Origin: Negaprion brevirostris
Taxonomy: Eukaryota
Reading direction: 5' to 3'
DNA: 64,000 nucleotides
Assembly: GCA_030324005.1 (NCBI GenBank)
Contig: JARDVH010000132.1
Coordinates: 88,743,595-88,807,594 of the forward strand
The notes below the pieces were generated by a model. The model had not been told where the DNA came from. It saw only the letters and a program-made list of their open reading frames with translations, and did no database searches. Both the position numbers and the translations under genes were made by a program. Shown here piece after piece: positions 26,826-39,450 of the stretch. The number at the start of each line of letters is the position of its first letter. Positions within the stretch are counted from its first letter, which is position 1.

Positions 26826-28627
26826 ATGTTCACAAAATTCCCCAGTTTGGAAAGGGATGCAGCTGATTACCTGTCCGAATTCAAAATGTTTAAACAGCAT
26901 TGAGTGCTATGGTTTTTTGATTCAGGTGTGCCTGAACCAGACAAACCATAAAAAAAACCACCTAGCAATTGGGAGTGTACGTCTGTATAGTTGGACACAT
27001 CACAACTAACCACAAGAGCTAAAGGATCGCCAGAAGATATGAACTACATTAGAAGATTTGTTTGACTAGAGTTCATGTCATTTCGACACCAGACCACAGG
27101 ATCCATAAATCACTTAATAAACACATGCAGAGAGAAAGGTATGTACTGAATTTTCAAATGCAGAACTAGCAGACAGGATTATTGAGTTGATGCCCACACC
27201 CGCTACCATATAATCATTCCAGAAAAAACTGTCAAAAAACTGACAAGTATGGTTGCAGTTCTCAGGCGCAACCTCAATTTTTGATGCGCTCACTGGAATA
27301 CTCAGACCTGGTAAGACATGTGGAAGGTGTGGCCTTCTGCGTACACCAAGGAAATGCTCAGTTTTTCATCAATTCTGCAAGGGATGTGGCAGAAAGGGCC
27401 ATTGGCAGTGCACAAGAGAAAAAGATGATGCAGCTGCAAAGAGCTATGTACTGACTCACACAGACCATATGCAACAGGCACATTCAAGCAGTAAGAATGA
27501 CTATCCAGTGCCCCATCAGAAACATACATGAGGTGAACCAGACAATAACAATAATGTGCATGACGAGATGAAGAGCAGTGAGCACATGTTTCATACCATC
27601 AATCTCATGGAAAACATTGATGCCATCACACTGTCCAAAGTTTTAAATTATGTGTCCTTAAAGTTGACAACTATGCATTATTGGCCAAGATTGTCACAGG
27701 GACATATTGCAATATGCTATCACAGCAAAATTTAAAAGACCTGCTTCCACAGACATGGTACAATGGTTCACTAATTCCATATGCATGATTCATAGTCCTA
27801 GAGGGCAAGTACAATCAATTCTCATGGGTGTCACAGATATTCCACATCATGGAAACTAAAGGCCCAGCGATTGCATGTTATGACCTCTCACCAGCAACAG
27901 TCCTTGGAATCAGACAGCCAACACAAGTATCAACTTCAGAAACATTACCACTGTCATAGCCGAACAGCAAAATATTTGGTAAGTTTCAACAAAATTGGCA
28001 GTTTCAAGGGAGTTGCAACATTATACTTGCAGGAGAATGCAAGTCTGTCAATTGGCCCATCAAGTAAGTGCAGCTTCCACATAAAAGACAGATTGAAGAT
28101 TGAAGTGAAATGGAGAAATTCAGAATGAGAGTACAAGAGCACACAGGATAGTGCAACTCAATCACATGTCGTAAAGAAATATGATTCATGAAGTGTATGC
28201 CTCAATCCATGATATTTAAATGCAGATTTGAAATGCTGTTGTTACAAAATACTCACATTAAAAGAGTTAAATCTGAGATTTGCAAGTGAAAAATTCTTCT
28301 CCAAGCCTGATGCCAAGCGTAGCAACTGGTCAGTACAGCTCACAGAAGTGTCCCAAGAGGTTATTACGTTTCATACCCCATTTGGATGATACTGTTTTCA
28401 GTGACTTCCGCTCAGGCTATCAGTTAGCCAGGATCTCTATTAAGCTGACATGGACAACATTATATGTACTGTGCCAGGATGCCTCTGTATTGCAGATGAT
28501 ATTGCTGCCGTGGGAACCACAAAGCAAGAACATAACTACAATCTGCATTTTGTGATGCAAGCAGCATGTAAAGAAGATGTCCCACAGTCTGAAATGTTCA
28601 GCAGATCAGTTTCTTTGATCCTATTTG
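26826..28627 (+). mobile_element. Decayed Ty3/Gypsy (Mag-like) LTR retrotransposon gag-pol, truncated by a gap
   Basis: Gag start MFTKFPSL...EFKMFKQH; two Zn knuckles CGRCG...C and CKGCGRKGHWQC; protease-like KIVTGTYCNML (about 27690); RT FFSKPDAK...ITFHTPFG...CIADDIAAVGTTKQEH. Many stops and frameshifts. Confidence 0.88.
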
Positions 28628-29711
28628 NNNNNNNNNNNNNNNNNNNNNNNNNNNNNNNNNNNNNNNNNNNNNNNNNNNNNNNNNNNNNNNNNNNNNNNNN
28701 NNNNNNNNNNNNNNNNNNNNNNNNNNNNNNNNNNNNNNNNNNNNNNNNNNNNNNNNNNNNNNNNNNNNNNNNNNNNNNNNNNNNNNNNNNNNNNNNNNNN
28801 NNNNNNNNNNNNNNNNNNNNNNNNNNNNNNNNNNNNNNNNNNNNNNNNNNNNNNNNNNNNNNNNNNNNNNNNNNNNNNNNNNNNNNNNNNNNNNNNNNNN
28901 NNNNNNNNNNNNNNNNNNNNNNNNNNNNNNNNNNNNNNNNNNNNNNNNNNNNNNNNNNNNNNNNNNNNNNNNNNNNNNNNNNNNNNNNNNNNNNNNNNNN
29001 NNNNNNNNNNNNNNNNNNNNNNNNNNNNNNNNNNNNNNNNNNNNNNNNNNNNNNNNNNNNNNNNNNNNNNNNNNNNNNNNNNNNNNNNNNNNNNNNNNNN
29101 NNNNNNNNNNNNNNNNNNNNNNNNNNNNNNNNNNNNNNNNNNNNNNNNNNNNNNNNNNNNNNNNNNNNNNNNNNNNNNNNNNGGTCATATCGGATACTGT
29201 TCGCAGATTGTCTAATTCAGCAAAAACAGAAGACATATCCTGAGATCTTCTAGCTGACTTTATCAATATCAAACTTGAAGATATCCTCCAGATTGATCTG
29301 GTACATTTTACACATCTTGCATTGTGAAATTGGTCAAGTGCTTTCTTTTTGTCTGTTTCTTGACTCCTCAAGAGATAGCTTTGCAAATGATAGGGGAGCA
29401 ATACATTGTCCTGCCCGGTAAGGGTGAGCATTGATGAGTTTATTGATACTTTTCAGTGAGGATTTCCTGCATGACTGATGCAGTTTAATTATTGCAATTT
29501 CTTAATACAGACTGTTTTCTTAGAACTTCACGAGCTCAGTGTATCCAAAGCATCTCTTTAGAAGCCTCATTGCAGCCATTGCTTTGTATTTTTGGCATGC
29601 TTGAAAGAAAAATGTAATCGTCACTGAGAGATGCATAAAGGTTGTTGTAAAGGAGGATTTAATTGGCATCACATACATAATCTGTTTCTAGTGACCTCTT
29701 TTTTTAAAACA

Positions 29712-30010
29712 TCATTTATTAGTGTCACAAGTAGGCTTACATTAACACTGCAATGAAGTTACTGTGAAAATCTCCTTGTCGCCACACTCTGGCACCTGTT
29801 TGGGAACACTGAGGAAGAACTTAGCATGGCCAGTGCACCTAACCAAAATGTCTTTTGGACTGTGGAAGGAAACCAGAGCATTTGGAGGAAGCACACACAG
29901 ACATGGGGAGAACATGCAGACTGCACACGACAGTGACCCAAGCTGGGAATTGCACCTAGTCCCTAGTGCTGTGAGGCAGAAGTGCTAACCACTATACCAC
30001 CATGCCACCC
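29712..30010 (-). mobile_element. HE1-related V-SINE with alternative tail
   Basis: Same head and V-domain as HE1, but tail atttattagtgtcacaagtaggcttacattaacactgcaatgaag. Confidence 0.88.
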
Positions 30011-30704
30011 AATTGCAATAACTGGAGAATAGGTAATAGGTCAGGGCAAGCAAATTAACTTAAGTTTGGCTAATAGTGCTGTGATAATGCAGTCTCCTTT
30101 TGATAAGTTCAGGAGATAATCAGAGGAATGATATACAAGGAACAAGAGATGTAACATTGGTTGACTTGCTTTTCAATTTCCTCATGGCTATTTTGGGGCA
30201 ACTATTTGCCTTGGCCTCTTGTATCAGATAGCATGATTGAAATTTCGAAACTTGCTGTATATGACAGCCATGAGCACATACCTTTCCGTGGCAGACCTGT
30301 TGCCCTTGTATTGGAATGTGTTCTGTTGTCTGCTTTTCATCGGCCCACAATTATGCCAGGATTTTCACCGTAGCTGCTCCTGCTCCAGCACCATCTTTCG
30401 GAAATGTTTAGGTCATTAGGCCCAGCATAGTCACAACACCAGAGCAGCAGAATCTTTGAGGAAATTCCCAACCATTGATATCAAGCCAGAGGAGACAAAT
30501 TTAGGATGTTTTTGTTATACAGCTGGAGTATCTGCTATCTCTCTCTGACTGTCGGTCATTATCAACTTCCAGTTATGATGCTTTTTGGGATCTTGCCATC
30601 AAAGTTACTGCAATTGGGAGAAAGCATTGCGAGGCATGCATCTTTTCTTTTTCTCACCAGTCATTTCGTCGAGCAGTTTCAGAAGCCATAGGCCTCACAT
30701 GAAT

Positions 30705-31137
30705 TGTCAGTCATATTGGTAGTGCTCTCATCTGAGTTGGTAGTTTCTAATTTCAAGCCCCACTCCAGGACTTGAGTATAAAAATCAAGGCTGACATTCT
30801 AGTGTTGAACTGAGAAGCGCTGCTCTTCCAGAAGTGCCATCTTTCAAATGAGGTGTTATACTGAGACCCTGTTGAACCTCTCAGGTGGATGTATAAGATT
30901 CCATGACTTTATTTCTGAGAAGAGCAGTGGGGTTTTCTCTAGCATCCTGGACAATATTGTTCCCTTGAACAGAATCATTAAAACAAGATATCTGGTTGTT
31001 GCGTTGATGTTTGTGGGAGCTTGCTGTGCTGTATCTCTGACACAACAACATTTATACCAAAAAATGTTTCATGGCAATAAAGCACTTTGAGTTGTCCAGT
31101 GGTTACAAAAGGCACTATGTAAATAAGTTATCTTTTT
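30705..31137 (+). mobile_element. Near full-length Deu-SINE (SacSINE1-like)
   Basis: tRNA-like head (ggtagtgctctc...ttcaagccccactcc), core ctctcaggtggatgtataagattccatgac, L2-like tail aaagcactttg...ggcactatgtaaat. Confidence 0.8.
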
Positions 31138-31315
31138 CTGTCAGTTACTTGTCTGCAGTGCTTCCATTAAATCTGTGCCTCTCACCATATTTATTGTATT
31201 AGAAAGGCTGTAACAAATAATCCCTTTCATCAAAGCACTTTATTGACAAACCATTGGGAAATTGTCAGAAATGGGAAGTGTCCACAAAGCAAAAAACATG
31301 GCGAGATTTAAAAAC

Positions 31316-31470
31316 CTCACAACACCAGGTTAAAGTCCAACAGGTTTATTTGATAGCACAAGGTTTCAGATACTTGCTCCTTCACTCCGAAAACCTTGTG
31401 CTATCAAATAAACCTGTTGGACTTTAACCTGGTGTTGTGAGACTTCTTACGCCGGCATTTCCACATCATC
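31316..31470. mobile_element. Fold-back Penelope-like element end with perfect 51-bp inverted repeat
   Basis: 31316-31366 is the exact reverse complement of 31391-31441, with a 24-nt spacer. Tail gccggcatttccacatcat. Confidence 0.88.
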
Positions 31471-34400
31471 ACGATTAAAAAATACGTAGTTAACTGATAA
31501 AATTATCATTAATTTGTCTCATTACCTTCAATTTTTGTATCTTCCCCTCATTTGTGATCATTTCTTGGAAGCTCTGAGATCCACATTCTAGGACTCAAAG
31601 TTTATTTACTCTTAGGGGTCACTGTGGAATTTTCCACTCCCTAGTTCATTGTGTGAACAGAGATTCCATATTAAATAAATGTTAAGGTGACAGGAGAAAT
31701 TATCTTGGGAAATGAGAACGACTGTGACTGCTAACTTGCAATTCTTCTGTTTCCCTCACTCCCTCCATGAAACAAATTAGTTTTAAATATGTCCTTTAAA
31801 GTTTACAGTAGTCTTTTGGTTTTGGATTGCTGCTTTGCACTTTCTATGAACAGTTGATTATCGAATGAGTGTGTTTCTGAACTGTGCACTTTAGTTGTGC
31901 ATCTTTATCAGCCAGCAGCAGTTTTGCTTTTGTTGCTAAGCTGTAGCCTTCTGCTGTCCATCAGATTGGCGCCATTGCTGGTTAGCCTGGCATTTGAGTC
32001 TCGTTATCCCGATTAAGGCATAATTTTATGTGTTTTTTTAATCACTTTGTAACCAGACTGGCTCTTGGTATTTTGTAATCTTGATACTTTAACTCCTCAG
32101 ACTGCTACTGGTGCTAGGTGACCTGACTTATTAAGTGTATGATTAGCGGAGGCTGGCATTGGAATGTTGTTCTTTTGAGAGGGAGGCACTTGAATGTCGT
32201 CATCTTCCTTTTTTTCACTTTGGAACTTTTTTAAGGTGAGTAGGTCCATTCCAGTTTTGTAGCACTTAATATGATCGGGAGTAGATATAGAATTCACATA
32301 ACAGAGGGACCAAATGAGAAACACATTAATCATGGATCCACTAATAAGACCAGGTCCACATTAACTGATAGAAGGGAAGAATGAAGGGTTAAATTGACCC
32401 ATTGAGCAGCCAGGAAATAATCTCTTTTGGTGATCATTGTATGAGACATTAGTTTTCATCAACGGCATATTTTATACAAATTTTTTTATACACCTAAAGG
32501 ATGTCTTTTTTCTAAAAAGATCAGCAATGTGTTTTCTTGGGAAGGAAAAGAACAAGAACAGTAATGTCACTATTAACATTGGGAACATTACATATATGGT
32601 GATATCAATAATAAAATCTACCTTCCAAATGCTGGGGAATGTGCGCCTCAAAATGGGGACTGAATGATATCTGTACACCCTCCTTCATCCGGCTATTGTT
32701 ATCTATGTGTAATATCGTAGGAGATCAATTACTAATGTTATAGGTAAATATAGTGTCAAATATTTTGGTGCGAAAAAGACTCTAATTGCAGCTCAGTAGC
32801 AGTGTTGATTTGTTTAAGAGCATTTTGTGCAATAATAATGCGTTGTACACTGTCATTTTCAGGTCTGTTATCTTTGAGTTCAGTGTAGCATTTGAATCAA
32901 AATCAAAGCAAGAAAAGACTGTAATCAGCTGAATATAAATTTCTATTTTCACATAACGCTTCTAAAGATACATTTTCTTGTAAATGGATTCGATTGTGAT
33001 TAGGTCACGTAATTAATTATAGCATTTTTTTGTTTTTCCGAGGCAAACCCTTGGCAACAGGTCAAATAAAATATTTTTCCAGGTTCCAGCAGCAATTAAG
33101 TTACCTCGACTTAATCACAGATTGTAGTCATATTAGGTTCTGCAGTGTGTTTTATACAAACTTATTTAAAGAGGCAGCATCTAGTCTATTTATTTGCAAA
33201 AAGCTTTTTACTAGTAGATTAGTAAATTTAGATAAGGACAATATCTCTCCATCACAAATCTGTCCAATACTACAAAAAGTACTCTTAATAAAGAATAAGA
33301 TGAAAATATCAGCTAGCAGATGTATCAGTGCAAGTATTTATGTCAATGGTTGTAAGGTGTATTAAGTTAACGCCAATAAACTGAAGCAAAGTGAAGTTAA
33401 CATATGTGAAGTAAGTTAAAACATGGCAGAGCAACTTGCTCATGTCCTGCAGTATGTGGGAAGTTGTGGATGTTCCCAATGATCAAGATGACCATTTGCA
33501 GGGATGGTCACCAGTTATAGAAACTTGATCTCTGGGCTTTGGAGCTTGAGTATTGGTTGGATTCGCTATGGCACATCCGTGAGGCTGAGGGCTATGTGGA
33601 TAGCACATTCAGAGAGGTGGCCACAGCAGGCTATAGCATGAAGGCATAAAAGGCGTGGTTGCCCACCAGGCAGTCCAAAAGAACCAGGCATGTGCATCAG
33701 GACTCCTGTGGGGTCCCACTCACAAATCAATCCCAGTCTGGATTTTGATGGGGGCATTCGATCAATGGAGCAATGCCGTCAGCGACAGGTTTATGAAACC
33801 ACAAGTGACTCAGCTGGACAAGAAGGATGGAAGAAGGGGAGAAGAGAAGTAGTGGGGGAGGTTTGTTAGTTGGAGGGACAAACAGGCATTTCTGTTGTCA
33901 CAGGCACAATTGCAAGATGGTAGGTTGCCTCCCAGGTGCCAGGGTCATGGATCTCACCAAACAGCTGGAGTGCATTTTGGAGGGTGAGGGTTCATAGCTG
34001 GAGGCCATTGTCCACATTGGGACCAATGATATAGGTAGAAAAAGGATGAGGTCCTGCAGGCTGAGTTTAGAGAGTTGAAGAGATTAGTGAGCAGGACCTC
34101 AAAGGTAGTAACCTCTAGACTACTCTCAAAGACATATGCTAATGAGTATACAAATAGGAGAATACTCCAAATAAAAATGTGGCTAGAGCATCTTGCAGGA
34201 AAAGGGCTTCAGATTTCTCTGGCATTGGGACTGGTTCAGGAAAAAGTGGGATCTGTACAAGCCAGGTGATCTGCAATTGAAGTGCACTGGAGTAAGTATC
34301 AGGAGTACTGTGTGCAGTTTTGGTCGCCGCACTTACGCAAGGATATTTTGGCCTTGGAGGGAGTGCAGAGGAGGTTNNNNNNNNNNNNNNNNNNNNNNNN

Positions 34401-36544
34401 NNNNNNNNNNNNNNNNNNNNNNNNNNNNNNNNNNNNNNNNNNNNNNNNNNNNNNNNNNNNNNNNNNNNNNNNNNNNNNNNNNNNNNNNNNNNNNNNNNNN
34501 NNNNNNNNNNNNNNNNNNNNNNNNNNNNNNNNNNNNNNNNNNNNNNNNNNNNNNNNNNNNNNNNNNNNNNNNNNNNNNNNNNNNNNNNNNNNNNNNNNNN
34601 NNNNNNNNNNNNNNNNNNNNNNNNNNNNNNNNNNNNNNNNNNNNNNNNNNNNNNNNNNNNNNNNNNNNNNNNNNNNNNNNNNNNNNNNNNNNNNNNNNNN
34701 NNNNNNNNNNNNNNNNNNNNNNNNNNNNNNNNNNNNNNNNNNNNNNNNNNNNNNNNNNNNNNNNNNNNNNNNNNNNNNNNNNNNNNNNNNNNNNNNNNNN
34801 NNNNNNNNNNNNNNNAAAAGAACAGTAGTTGTTGGGGACTTCAAATGCTCTTATATCAATTGGGATATGAATGGTGTGAAGGGCACAGAGAGCACAAAAT
34901 TCTTTAATTGCATTCAGAAGAACTTTTTAAGCCAGCATGTAACAAGCCCAACGAGACAGGCACACAATTCTAAATTTGGACTTAGCAAATGAATCTGGGC
35001 AGGGGGACAAAGTAGCTGTGAATGGCCATTTTGGAGATAGTAACCATTATATGATTAGATTTAGCATCAATATGTAAAAGGATAAAGATAGAACAGGAGT
35101 AAGAATTCTAAATTGGGGAAAGACAAATTTTACAAAGTTGAAGGGTGATTTTGTGAAAGTGGATTGGTTACAGCAACTGAAAGGGAAATCAGTGTTCGAC
35201 CAGTGGGAGATGTTCAAAGGTGAGATTCTACAGGCACAGTACACACATGGCCCCACAAAGAAAAGGGTGGCAGTGCCAAATCTAGAGCCCCTTTGTTATC
35301 TAGCAGCATACAAGCCCAGGTGAAGCAGAAGAAGAAAGCTTATGACAGTCACAAAAAATACATTATAAAACCTAAAGGAGTCTAGAAAGTACAAGGATGA
35401 ATTAAGAAATGAAATCAGAAAAGCAATGAGAGAATATAAAAAAAATTGCAGGTAAAAGCAAGGAAAACATAAAGGTATTTTACCAGTACACTAAGAACAA
35501 GAGGGTAACTAAGGAAAGGGTCAGGCCAATCAGCAATTAATGCAAAAGATGTGGGCAGGGTTCTTAATGAGTACTTAGTCTTTGTCTTCACAAAGTAGAG
35601 GGCTGATGCACCCATTCTGGTTAATGAGGAAGAGTGTGAAATATTAGATGCAATAGGCCTAACGAGAGAGGAAGTACTAGAGGGACTGACATCCGTGAAG
35701 GTGAATAGATACCCAGGGACAGGTGGATTGTATCCCAGGCTGTTGAAGGAAGCCAGGGAGAGAGATATCAGATGCCGTGAGGATGATTTTTCAATCCTAA
35801 TTAGCTACAGGCAAGGTACCAGAGGGCTGCAAACATTATACTGTTATTTAAAAAAGATGCGAGACTGGTCAGTCTGACTTCAGTGATGNNNNNNNNNNNN
35901 NNNNNNNNNNNNNNNNNNNNNNNNNNNNNNNNNNNNNNNNNNNNNNNNNNNNNNNNNNNNNNNNNNNNNNNNNNNNNNNNNNNNNNNNTGAGAGCCAGGA
36001 TCAACAATCATCTCAAAAGGCAAGGATTAATCTGGAATAGTCAGCACAGTTTCTTTAAGGGAAAGTCATGCCTTTCTGACTTAATTGAATTTTTTGAGAA
36101 GTAGCAAGGTGGATTGAAGAGAGTAGTGTGATGGATATGGTCTACATGGATATTAGTCAAACATTTGATAAGGTTCCATGTGGCAGACTGGTCAAAAAAG
36201 TTAAAATTCCATGAGTTACTGGGGAATGTGGTAGGTTGGATCCAAAATTGGCTCAGGTATAGGAAACCTGCAAGTGTAATAAGCAGTGGATGTTTTAGGA
36301 AATTGGTGTTCCACAAGGCTCAGTCTTGGGGTTATTACTGTTTGTTGTATATATTAATGATTTGAATTTAAATGTGGGAGGCATTATTGGGGAAATTTGC
36401 AGATGACACAAGAATTGGCCATGTAATTAAGGATAGCTGTGGACTCCAGAATTAAATCAGTGGCTTGATTTTATGGTGGTGGTGTGGGGGTTGGGGGGGA
36501 GGACATGAGAGGGGTAGAGGAAATGAAAGACCTTGGAATGCATG

Positions 36545-36874
36545 GAATCATAGAATCCCTACAGTGCAGAAGGAGACCATTCACTCCTTTGAGCCTGCAC
36601 CGACAACAATTCCACCCAGCCCCTATCCCTGCGACCCCATGCATTCATCCTATTAATCTCCCTAACTTACACATCTTAGGATAATAAGGGGCTATGTACC
36701 ATGGCCAATCGACCTAATCCACACATCTCGGAGTGTGGGAGGAAACCAGAGCACTGGAAGGAAACCCATGCAGACACGGGGAGAACATGCAAACTCTACA
36801 TAGTCACTTGAGGCCAGAATTGAACTCTGAAGCTGTGATGCAGCAGAGCTAACCACTGTGCCACCATGCCGCCC
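36545..36874 (-). mobile_element. HE1-type V-SINE inserted in CR1
   Basis: Head gctaaccactgtgccaccatgccgccc and tail atagaatccctacagtgcagaagg. Confidence 0.9.
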
Positions 36875-37359
36875 CATGTTCACAGGTCTTTGAAGGTGGC
36901 AGGACAAGTAGATAAAGTGGTAAAGAAAACATATGAAATGCTTTCCTTTATTACACAAGATCTTAAGTAAAAAGTAGGACATAATATAGGGACTGTAGTC
37001 CACACTGTAGTTTTGCATACAATTCTTATCACCACTTTATCTGAAGGGTTGCTCTGGAGAGAGCAGAGAATTACAAGAATACTGCTGGTGCTGGAAAATT
37101 ACAGCAATGAGGAAAAATTAAGGTTGTTTTCCTTAGAACAGAGGAAGCTAAGATGTAACTTGATTGAGGCGACTTGTTTCCCTCAGTGGAGACATCAATT
37201 ATCGGGGCCCCCGAGTTAAGGCGTTTAGTGGGAATATTGAAAAAAAGCATTTTCACTAAGAGGCTGTTGGGTGTCTGGAATTCATAGCCCCCATCGGTGG
37301 TTGAAGCAGAAATGCTAATTCATTTAAAAAATATCTTTTCATTTCTTTACTTATTCATT

Positions 37360-37494
37360 CATTCATTTATTTATTAGTGTCACAAGTAGGCATATGTTAA
37401 CAATACAATTAAATTAGTGTAACAATCTCCTAGTCGCCACACTCTGGTGCCTGTTCGGGTACACTGAGGAAGAACTTACCCACTGTGCCGCCAC
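37360..37494 (-). mobile_element. Internally deleted HE1-related SINE (alternative tail)
   Basis: Tail as at 29712, joined directly to ccactgtgccgcc. Confidence 0.75.
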
Positions 37495-38189
37495 ACTAGG
37501 GTTTACACCTGAGGTGCTGTAACCTGCAAGCTACAGACCAAGTGCTGGAAGCTGGGTTAGAATTGGCGGCTAGATTATTTTAGGCTGGTGCAGACATGAT
37601 GGGCTGAATGGCCTCTTTCTATGCTGTAACTTTTCTATGGTTCCATGAAATGAAGAAACAGTTGCCCTCAAGTGTGATCCCACCACTCTGATCAGCGTAT
37701 TCATACTAATGAAACAAAGGCTTTTTTTTTACCTATCCTAAGAATAGCATCTCATTTAACTTTTATGTACAAAGATTCATTGATTCACTGGTGAGATAAT
37801 GTGGAACCCTGCCCTCACCAATTTAACTATTTCAAAGACTATTCTTCATGTGCTTTCCAAGATCTTGAGTATCGCTAAGTAATTGGAATGTGCTTGGGTA
37901 CTCTGAAGCATTTATCAAAGGGGTCAATGAAAAGTAGTGAAGAAATTTTGCTTGATATTTCCTCTCCTTAACCTTGAGCCACTAAAAACAGCACCTAACC
38001 ACACCCGGGCTAAGATAAGCTATTTCAGCTTTTGCTCAGAATTAAATTTGGATGTCATAGCCTGTGTGGCTTTTATTAGCAGGTGATGCAGTTACCAACT
38101 AAGCCACTGGTTGTGTTCTGGGTGACACCTTTACAATAAGAATATTCACATCTTAATAATACAAATATGGGACAATTTCTTTGATGTGT

Positions 38190-39125
38190 GTGTTCAAAAG
38201 CCAACCAGGGAGTAGGTTATCCTCGACCTGGTATGTGCAATGAGACAAGATTAATCAATAATCTCTTGATAAAGGAGCCTCTATGTGACAGCAATCATAA
38301 CATGATAGAATTTCATGTTCAGTATGAAAAGAGAAGGGTGGGTCCACAACTAGTGCTTTAAACCTAAATAAAGATAACTATGAGGGTATGAAAGCAGAGA
38401 TAGCTAATGTGAACTGGAAAACTATATTAAAAGATAGGACAGTAGTGATGCAGTGGCAGACCTTTAAGAAGATGTGTAATAAAACTCATCTGGTTCACTA
38501 ATGTCTTTTGGGGGAGGCAATGCCAAATGGTATTAATGCTAGACTATTAATCCAGAAACTCAGTTAATGTTCTGGAGGCCTGGCTTCAAATCCCACCATG
38601 GCAGATAATGAAATTTGAATTCCCTAAAAAAAATCTGGAATTAAGAATCTACTGATGACCATGAAACCATTGTTGATTGTTGGAAAAATCCATCTGGTTC
38701 ACTAATGTCCTTCAGGGAAGGAAATCTGCCATCCTTACTTGGTCTGGCCTACATGTGACTCTGGACCCACAGCCACGTGATTGACTCTCAACTGCCCTTG
38801 GGCAAGTAGGGAGGACAATAAGTGCTGGCCAGCCATTGACACCCATGTCCCAAGAATTAATAAAAAACAGAATAATGCTCAGCAAAGATTTAGCTCAGTG
38901 AAAAAGAAAGGATCTTTGAGAAGGATGCATCATCCATGGCTAAATAATTAACTCAAAGGTAGCCTTAAACTGAAAGAAACTGCATCTTTAGATTTATTCA
39001 GGACTGAGTTAGGTAGACTTTTGTTTGACAAAGGAGTCAAGGGTTATGGGGGCTGAACAGGAAAGTGGAACTGAGAATACACCCAAATCAGTCACAATCT
39101 TACTGAATGATGAAGCAGGCATTCT
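38190..39125 (+). mobile_element. CR1 ORF2 fragments and 3' end, split by a SINE
   Basis: Translates ILDLV.., SNHNMIEF, LNLNKDNYEGMKAEIANVNW. 3' UTR lies at 38990-39125. Confidence 0.75.
38510..38867 (+). mobile_element. tRNA-derived SINE, second family (tail shared with the LINE at 61651)
   Basis: Head ...taatccagaaact...ttcaaatcccaccatggcag, core ccatctggttcactaatgtcc, tail gctggccagcc...cccatgtccc plus an A-rich end. Confidence 0.82.
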
Positions 39126-39450
39126 CTGTCGCTTTTCTTTTCTCATATTTGGATATAAGTTGCAGGCAGTTTTCAGAATTGCCATTATATCCAATGCGCA
39201 TCATGAATTAAAATGTATTTCTTCCCTTGCAGAGCTCCACTCATCATCCTGTTCCTGTGCAAAGTTCTTAGCTAGCAATCTGAACTGTTCTGAGGTTTTT
39301 TCTCTTTCCATTTCTTTAAACTGGACATTGCAGTTCTCTTCAGATTCTTAATTACAGAGTTGTTGCCGCTGTGCACAATCTGTCAAATGTATGACATGAA
39401 GCAGGAAAGTAGAATCAAGTGCTTGTGTGACAGACATGAGCAATTATTAT

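Larger units (their letters stand above)
33423..37645 (+). mobile_element. Near full-length decayed CR1 LINE (ORF1 Zn-finger/esterase plus ORF2 EN-RT plus 3' UTR), interrupted by gaps and two SINEs
   Basis: ORF1: CSMWEV, CLPGARV, VHIGTNDIG, GFRFLWHWDWF. ORF2: VVGDFK..YINW, SQHSFFKGKSCL, FADDT. Tail gggctgaatggcctctttctatgctgtaac. Confidence 0.88.

Noticed and set aside
28450-29431. Long ORFs (up to 277 aa) here and at 1551, 34193, 42239 and 60253
   Set aside because: They stay open only because they run through N gaps.
34298-34376. CR1 C-terminal coding piece fused directly after ORF1
   Set aside because: Adjacent to a gap; a nested truncated CR1 or an assembly chimera, not a novel fusion.
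35291-35310. Resemblance to miR-9 (ctttgttatctagc)
   Set aside because: Imperfect match, lies inside CR1 ORF2, and has no hairpin partner.
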